Below, in pieces: positions 54,688-64,000 of a DNA stretch of 64,000 nt. Under the pieces are notes generated by a model, which saw only the letters and a program-made list of their open reading frames with translations, was not told where the DNA came from and did not search any database. This DNA is from Macrostomum lignano. Taxonomy: Eukaryota. The stretch is from assembly GCA_002269645.1 (NCBI GenBank), contig NIVC01000175.1, positions 1 through 64,000 on the forward strand, written 5' to 3'. Numbering within the stretch: position 1 is the stretch's first letter; each line of letters starts with the position of its first letter. The position numbers and the translations under genes are program-made.

Positions 54688-57600
54688 ATGGCAGCAAAAC
54701 TGCAGCTTATTGTTGCCGTTTTCATTGCTGTTCATTCGACTGAAGCCTCGGTGCCGTCATATAGAGGTCAGAACTTGCTTTAATCGCATTGCGTTTTACT
54801 ATTCTACCTTTTTGTATTTGTAAGTAATTGGTGCCTCATTTTATTCATCACATTCAAACTGGTTCCTTTGAACCGCTGTAACTTGCGCCAACTAGCCATG
54901 TAAACTAGCTCGTTGCCAACCCGTTAGTGTAAGGATCGGAACGTTCCGGTCCGCGAAGCCTCTCTATCCGGTCATCGGGTCCTTTGAAACTTCAAAATAA
55001 CAATCCGACCTGCTTGAGTTTTGCGTGTATGCTCAGCTCCCATACTTCTTTTCTCCATATTCTCTTTTCTCATCTCTCCTCTCCTTTACTCTCTCTTCTT
55101 ATCTTCTCTCATCTCACAACCACTCGCTGCCTGAATGACTGCAGCACCTTCTTAACTAGCTAACATATTGATAGCTAGCCGTTCTCTTCCACTGCCTGCA
55201 GCCAGAAGCCGACCGGCAGTCTGCTATAAATCTTTAAGCATCGATGCCGGGAAGCCGCGACGCTCTGACGACGACTCAGAGCGGCTCGCAGGCAAGCGAA
55301 TCGTCAACGGCCGGGAGTCAAGACACGGGGAGTGGCCATGGATGGTGTCACTGCGCAGTAGATACCTCGAATTTTACGATTTCGTTGCCACAACTGCTGG
55401 TGTTCCGCACAAGAATCATATTTGCGGCGGCGCGCTCATCTCAACTAGATGGGTTCTGTCGGCGAGGCACTGCTTTAAGGATGGCACGGTTGAGTATCGT
55501 AAAGATGGCAGGTGAGTATTTTGATTGGGTATGTGAGTATGGGGTGATTTAGACAGGAATGAATGCAGCCATTTAGACACTATTCAATTGGGCGATTTAG
55601 GCATCCCTGAGTTAAGTGATTTAGACACGATTAAATGAAACAATTTAGACATAAATCGCCTAAATCGCGGGCGATTTAGACAGGCCTTAATAGAGCGATT
55701 TAGACAGGCCTGAATGGGGCGATTTAGAAACGATTCAATGGGACGATTTAGACAGGCCTTAATAGGGCGATTTAGAAAGGCCTTAAAAGGGCGATTTAGA
55801 CAGGCCTGAATGGGGCGATTTAGAAACGATTCAATAGGACGATTTAGGCAGGCTTGAATGAGGCGATTTAGACAGGATTCAATGGGGCGATTTAGACAGG
55901 CCTGAATGAGGCGATTTAGACATCCCTGAATTGAGTGATTTATACACGATTCAATGGAACGATTTAGACAGGCCTGAATGGGGCGAATTTGACATAATTC
56001 AATGGGGCGATTTAGACACGACTGCACAGGGGCGATAGTAAGACGACTCTACACGAGGCTTACGAGCGTAAAAGTACGTACATTCACTTGTCATTTGTCT
56101 TTTTCCCAGAACTCCACCCATCTACCTTTCCTTATACAGGAACATAGTCAGATATCTGACAAAAAGTAACCCCAAAGACTGGTTAGCTGTCATCGGAGAG
56201 CACGAAATACTGCAAGAGGACAACACGGAGCTGGAAATCCCGATTCAGAAGATATTTCTATCTCCAATTTACGAAGGTAAGAGTAGTTCGAAATGTATGA
56301 TAGACACTTTTGCGTGTATTATTGTTGCACTATGACAGTTCTCTATCGCCTATCAAAGTTATCAGAGGAACCTTTGCAAGATGATTTATGTGAAAGACAA
56401 GATCCAAGTAATTGTTTCCTACACGAGCATCAAAAATATGTCCATACAACCCATTCACTACCACCGATAGCCAGCCCAAATGCTGAGCCGTACCACCAGG
56501 ATATGGCTTTGCTCAAACTGAGTCGCCCGGTGCCACTGTCCGAGTATGCTCAACCCGCCTGCCTGGAAGACCCCGGCCAAGCCGCTAAGCCTGGAGACTC
56601 GTGCTTCATAGCTGGATGGGGCAGCGTCATTACTGGTGGTAAACTGGAATTTACATCGCTTTTTTCCATTGCTTTATTTCGTACATTTGATGTAACCGCC
56701 CTTGTCGCCTGTCCGCTCCGTTGAGAGACGAACGCATGACCAGAGGGGGCAATGACCGTAGGCTGCCTATGACCGGGCAATGACCTGACGGACCTCCAGC
56801 ACCAGACTGTCCCAAACTGGGTATGATCGGGAACTCTGGGCTCAATCTGGAGGATTTCTCAGCAGGGGATCCTTTGTGGCTGTGAGCGAGGCTGACTTGC
56901 GGCTTTAATTACTAAGAGTAGTGTGGGGCGAACATGTACTGTCTCTAGTTTAGATTGCTCAGGGCGAAGGGACGCGTCAGCATGGGGTTGCAACCTTCCT
57001 ACTTCCATTCTGTGCCAAGACTCGCTAATTCCCTCTACTGCACGCACACACGGACCCGCAGCACGCATTCACAGGCGGGCTTTGCACGGGGAGAGGCCAT
57101 TAGCTTACCCAAACTTCCCTATGCTTTGCCACCCCGGGAGAAAGGCTTAGCGAGCTATGAATTAAATGATGGTGAAAGTGTGAATAATGAGGAGTTTAGT
57201 AATAGTTAATAATTAGGCCCTTAGGCAAGATAATCAGGCAATTAGGCGGCTTCACTATTGAGTAAAATACAGCAAATAATACGGTATCACAATTGGCTCA
57301 GCTCTCTAATCAAGCAATGGGAAATAGGCAAACCCCGGATAAGCAAGGCAATTAGAGCACAAATTAGTAACAGAAACTTACCGGCAGCTGCACAGAGAGA
57401 GAGAGAGCGACGGAGTGACCGTGGGCGGCTGTTGGCTGCAGACAGGCAGACTGGGAAGCGGCGATGCGCTGAAGCGACGAGGCGCTGATGTAATTCAGGC
57501 GATGCTGAAGATGCTGGGCGGTAACAGACCGCTGGCCGGCAGACGAGCTCACTTGGGGAGCCCAGGTGACTTGGCGGTAACAGACCGCGGACCGGCAGAC

Positions 57601-59735
57601 GTTCGTCCTATAGACGAACGGGTCAGATCAGCGTCTGACAGCAAGTCCAAAGAAGGACGAGGAGACTAACGGGTCTCTACTCAGTTGAAGCAAGACGTAT
57701 AAGGGTTCTCATGCCGAAAGCCGCTTCCTTAAATAGCCTTCCCAGCCGCCGCTCCAAGGTCGTTTCCATGACTCCCTCTCTCTGATTGGCTGCCGGCAAA
57801 ATGACGTCAGAATGAGTCATGATGAGAAGCATGAGAACGGCATAGCAACATGAGAAATGGGAAAATTGCGCAATCCGGAGGTAGGGTGGGAGGATAATTG
57901 GCGCAGCGGGAGGTCACGAAAGTGTTGCGCAAGCAAACATTGAGAACAATAGGGCTGGGGTCGAGAACAAAGGAAATGGAAATCGGGGATAATTGGGGAG
58001 AATCGAGAACAATAGAAAAGTAAAAATTGAAGAAAAGGTGCTAATTGGGTGCGAAAACGGGAACAAAAGAAAGAGAAAATCCGGGAAAATGTGATAATTA
58101 GGTACGAAAGGAGAAAAAAAGAATAAAAAACGAGAACAATAGAAGCGGAGGTGAGGTGGGTGTCGTATGAGAAATTTGGGGAGGAGAACAACGGCATGAG
58201 AAAAGGTTGCGCAAGAGAGGGTGATGAGTCATCGATGAGTCATTGAAGGGAAAGAGGGCTCACAAGACTTGCGTCACCGTTTAGGAGTTTTAGAAGGGAT
58301 GGGGTGACGGTGAGCGCACAAAGTGCTGTAAGTAGACACCGAAAAAAGGGGGACAGCGCAGGAAAACAGTGCACAAAGAGACAAAAAGACGGGGATCGGG
58401 AAGAGTACATAATGAATAGGGTAGAGCGCATAGGAGATAGGGGAGCGGGTGAGGTACAGAGAGAGATGGGGGCTCCGGAAAGGCATGTGTGGCGGAGTGG
58501 GAGACGGAGTCGAGGCAGCAGGGGGTGCAGCAGAGCGGGAGTCTGCAGGCCTGGTCAAAGACCTGGCCCAGTCTCGACGGCTCTGCTCAGGTGGTGCACG
58601 GGGATCGGAGGTACTTTCGAAAAATTTCCCCTGCCGTATCCCGCGACCAGAGCGTGGTTACATCACATTACCTTTTCAATTGGAATTCTCATCAATGGAT
58701 CTAACGTTTTTCACAGCGCGGGTGCACTCTTCGGTACTGAGGCATGCAAAAGTCGATGTTCTGAACCCAGTGCACTGTCAAACTTACAATTGGATAGAGC
58801 CCGGCAGCTTCAAACCTGGAGAACTTTGCGCAGCCGGATTGAGCCACGCCACCGACGCTTGTCAGGTAGCTAGCAATTTTTTGGAAGGCAAAATGCGCGA
58901 GTTAATTTCGATGCCTAGAGGTCCTTGGTTCAAATTTAGGAAAGAAAATGCTAATTTAGATCTTCGATCTTTAGTTATTGTGCGATTCCATTTGTAGCTC
59001 GTACATGCCTGACGACCAAGAAATTCAGGTGTGAACACGTTACTCTGTCGTGAGTATGGAGCAATTTAGACAGGCCTGAATGGAGCGATTTAGACACAAT
59101 TAATTCGGCGATTTAGACATGATTCAATCGGCAATGTAGACACGATTCAATGGGCGATTCAGACACGATTCAATGGGCGATTCAGACACGATTCAATCGG
59201 CAATGTAGACACGATTCAATGGGCGATTTAGACACGACTCAATGGGCGATTCAGACACGACTCAATCAACAATGTAGACACGATTCAATGGGCGATTTAG
59301 ACACGATTCAATGGGCGATTTAGACACGACTCAATGGGCGATTTAGACACGACTCAATGGGCGATTTAGACACGATTCAATGGGCGATTTAGACACGATT
59401 TAAACAACAGTGTAGACACAATTCAATCAGCGATTTAGACACGATTCAATGGAGTGATTTAGACACGCGTATACACTCAAAACCCTATCCCGACACTTAA
59501 TATAACGGTAAAACTAGGTAAATGCAACATTCCTAATGCTATACGAGTAAAACTCAATCCAACACAGTTCGACAGCGGTGGCCCTCTGATGTGCTACAAT
59601 TCGGCCAGAAAAGGTTGGTTTCTATCCGGTATCATCTCCCGTGGTGTAGGCTGCGCCAACGAGTACTTTCCAGGAATTTATGCGAACGTCACCGCCAACA
59701 TCGACTGGATTGAGAAGACCGTGGCGTCCGAGTGA
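54688..59735 (+). CDS. Secreted S1A trypsin-like serine protease zymogen, 6 exons, 336 aa
   Basis: Exons: 54688-54766, 55202-55511, 56140-56276, 56471-56638, 58717-58865, 59568-59735. Signal peptide; activation site KR|IVNG; WPWMVSL; CGGALI; His57 in SARHC; Asp102 in DMALLKL; QPACL; GWG; Asp189 in TDACQ; Ser195 in FDSGGP; PGIYANV; AATAAA at 59786 and 59797. Confidence 0.93.
55548..56035. repeat. ~22-23-bp degenerate minisatellite, protease intron 2
   Basis: Core GGGCGATTTAGACA. Confidence 0.85.
56688..58665 (-). mobile_element. Solo-LTR-like insertion (1978 bp), probably Gypsy-type, in intron 4 of the first protease
   Basis: Ends TGATGTAACC (56688) and GGTTACATCA (58665) form a perfect 10-bp inverted repeat with TG..CA termini; flanked by CATT at 56684-56687 and 58666-58669. 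Removal leaves a 96-nt intron, similar to other short introns here. Orientation inferred from promoter motifs. Confidence 0.8.
57727..58243 (-). promoter_or_regulatory. U3-like promoter cluster inside the solo LTR
   Basis: On the minus strand: TATTTAA (57729-57735), AGCCAATCAG (57782-57791), TGACGTCA (57802), TGAGTCA x3 (57813, 58225, 58237), TTGCGCAA x3 (57866, 57925, 58207). Confidence 0.6.
59063..59466. repeat. ~22-23-bp minisatellite, protease intron 5
   Basis: Unit GGGCGATTTAGACACGATTCAAT, same family as 55548-56035. Confidence 0.9.
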
Positions 59736-61857
59736 CAGTCCCAGGTGTCACAAACACTGAAAAAACTGAAACTGAAGCCGTAAACAATAAAGAACAAATA
59801 AACTGACAAGCGCAATAACTTTAATTCAATAAGAATTGTCAAACAAGCAATTGTACGTCTTTAATTATTACCTATCTTCTTTGAACTCACGTGCCGCGCT
59901 TGAAGGGTCAACAAAATATCGTTGTTTTAAAAATAGATTTAACAAAAATACGCAGATTTTGGTTGAATTATTAGGGTGACTGCGACGGGTGAATATTGGA
60001 TCAGCTGCACTCGACCAGAGCAGTGCAAACAAACTACTGAGTGCTTTCTCTCATTTAAAATTTCAGTTTTTTTTAGTTTGCTTCTAACATACGTGCCAGG
60101 GCATGCTTTCTATCTTCACTGCTACTAATACTTGAAAAACATTCGAATTTCTCGTTGCCATTGGCAGGATGATGGGAAGTTTTCATGTTTCTTTGGCATC
60201 AAATTGACAATTTCTCACCTTCTGGAACATTGAAGAATGGCAACACGCACAGACAGTTGTGTTTTCTATGCGTACGAGCGTTCTCTTAAGGAAAATTTGC
60301 GCCAATAAGATGGAAAAAGCAGCTAATCGCAGATTGCTCGGAAGTGCCAGATATGGAAAAACCACGTCATTAGAACGGCTTGGTATAAGATGAAGATACT
60401 TGAAGCAACTGCACGATGACTTTAAGCTGAGCTGACTGAATGTTTTACCTCATAGCTCACCTTTAGACAAGCTGCTGGGTCTCAGGTAACTTCGAATTTT
60501 GGCGATCTCGGGAATCAGCTCTATTTTGACTGTTTTATGAGCTCAGTGGCCATGAGATGCGTGTTTTTTGCAACATTTTTGACAGAGTCTAGTCTGTTGT
60601 GACAGTGCGACGTGATTTAGTTTACACAACTCATTAAATAGTTTTTTTTCTGACATTTGTTGATAAGTGAGTGCAACGTGGCAATGTGAGTTAGCAATTT
60701 AGTAATGTAAATCGTGCATGCTTTGACTATAATATTGAGTCTCCAAATATATCGAATCAATCCTAAAACACAACAGAGTCGTAAACACCTCTGATACTGG
60801 CGCCCCTTTCCGAAACCATCATGTTCTGCTCGAATAACGTCGAGATTTGGAGTCTCTAGAACAGCAAGTTGTGCGCCAGCTTCAAAATAAGCGCCTAGTG
60901 AGTCACCCATCGAACATTTCGTCTCGATTAGGGCCTTTAAATGGCAAGTAGGATGAGCGAAGGATGTTTTAGCTGAAAGCTGTAATTTTTTATTTTTCTT
61001 TTCTATGCGGGACTTATCAATCTAATCACACCCCCCCCCAAAAGCATTCATTCTACGTATACTCGTACAGAATGATAGAGTCGCTTTCTATCAACTCTAC
61101 CCCAGCAACCCCAGCAACTTCCAAATTGGGCAATATTGCTTCTTCCCACGTAACATCTTAGAAAATTGTTCCAGCTCAGAAGCAGTGTTGCTTCAACCCT
61201 CATTGCTTGCTTCAATCAGCCACCCGCTTAGTTTCAATTTTCATTCGCTTCCCTGAGTGATCCAGATCATTCCAGCACAGGGAATCTCCTTTAGCTACTG
61301 CCCGGTACGAGTGTCTGAAGCTAGAAATCTGGATACCAACCAAAGCCTAATTTAGCTCTTAGCATAATTGATAACATAGGGAGTAAAATTTCCATAAAAT
61401 TCCAAGTTTCTAACAATTTTATAGTAAGTAAATTGTTATTAATTCCCAAGAGTGTTTCCGACCCGATTCGCAAAACACTTCCCAAACCTCATTTGCGTTC
61501 GAGCCTCAATCCGAAAAGCCGATTATTGGTTTTAGTTATGCAGCAGTCGGCACAGAGAAATTCTTGTCTTCTCCAGATCGTGTCAGACTCTCGTCTGCCT
61601 CCTCGCTGTGCAAAATTGAAATTTTGCTTCTTCCAATAGCGCTCGAGATGAGGTGAGGGGAGATGTCCCGCCTATCCTGCTTGGGAGAGATAAATCATAT
61701 GCCAGGTGATGCCTCACAACAGGCTTGCTGTAAGCAGAGGAGAAGCTCAAATCATTGGCAAGGATAATTTCTTCTTCTTTGAAAATCGAATTCTTGATAC
61801 ATCGAAATTATATTCTGCTAGCTCAGATTCGTTATTTCATCTCGGCAGGAAAAAAGC

Positions 61858-63288
<1,431 letters not shown>

Positions 63289-63296
63289 GTGAGGCC

Positions 63297-63735
63297 TGAC
63301 TGACTGACTGACTGACTGACTGACTGACTGACTGACTGACTGACTGACTGACTGACTGACTGACTGACTGACTGACTGACTGACTGACTGACTGACTGAC
63401 TGACTGACTGACTGACTGACTGACTGACTGACTGACTGACTGACTGACTGACTGACTGACTGACTGACTGACTGACTGACTGACTGACTGACTGACTGAC
63501 TGACTGACTGACTGACTGACTGACTGACTGACTGACTGACTGACTGACTGACTGACTGACTGACTGACTGACTGACTGACTGACTGACTGACTGACTGAC
63601 TGACTGACTGACTGACTGACTGACTGACTGACTGACTGACTGACTGACTGACTGACTGACTGACTGACTGACTGACTGACTGACTGACTGACTGACTGAC
63701 TGACTGACTGACTGACTGACTGACTGACTGACTGA
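63297..63735. repeat. (CTGA)n microsatellite in intron 4 of the second protease
   Basis: Perfect CTGA run starting 8 nt after the donor. Confidence 0.97.
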
Positions 63736-64000
63736 ATTGAGCGCGTGTGAGTGGGTGACTGCCGGACTGAAAATTGGGACAAAAAATCAGTGTTTGATGA
63801 ATGCAAATAAAAAATAATTACATAAATAAACAGAAACTCATCGAAACCTTTTGCAATCGCATTAAAAAACAAAGCTACCCAGCTGTGCTATCCACCCAGG
63901 AAGTGGGGAGTAAAAAATGAATCGAATGAAAAACTAACTTCTAAAAAGTGATTCATCAGTGTTTATGTCTGGCATTGTCTACAGCTTCCGTAAATTCCTA

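Noticed and set aside
60208-60392. Walker A-like LLGSARYGKTT in a short + frame
   Set aside because: About 60 codons, no start or clear acceptor, no Walker B; several such motifs are expected by chance in six frames of 64 kb.

Overview
Eukaryotic (invertebrate metazoan) genomic DNA, not prokaryotic: no CRISPR array, rRNA or true tRNA gene is supported. Four intron-split genes, all on the + strand, were assembled by hand from splice sites and reading-frame continuity: (1) a 25-exon voltage-gated calcium channel alpha2delta subunit (5800-36373, ~1296 aa); (2) a 15-exon kainate-like ionotropic glutamate receptor (38359-50565, ~908 aa) with atypical ligand-pocket residues; (3) a 6-exon secreted trypsin-type serine protease (54688-59735, 336 aa) with Phe at position 193; (4) a tandem paralogous protease (61858 to beyond 63288) that runs out of the window. 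Introns are packed with ~27 minisatellite or microsatellite arrays, which explain almost all long ORFs in the supplied track. Also present: two tRNA-derived SINE families (one MIR/CORE-like), two 5'-truncated LINE ends, a 75-85 nt hairpin element in two copies, and a 1978-bp TG..CA solo-LTR-like insertion with a 4-bp target duplication. The minisatellite density suggests a free-living flatworm such as Macrostomum (inference only). I found no convincing wholly new gene system; the best leads are the receptor ligand pocket, the protease active-site changes and several splicing-related repeat features. All alignments were by eye against remembered reference sequences, and repeat boundaries are approximate.
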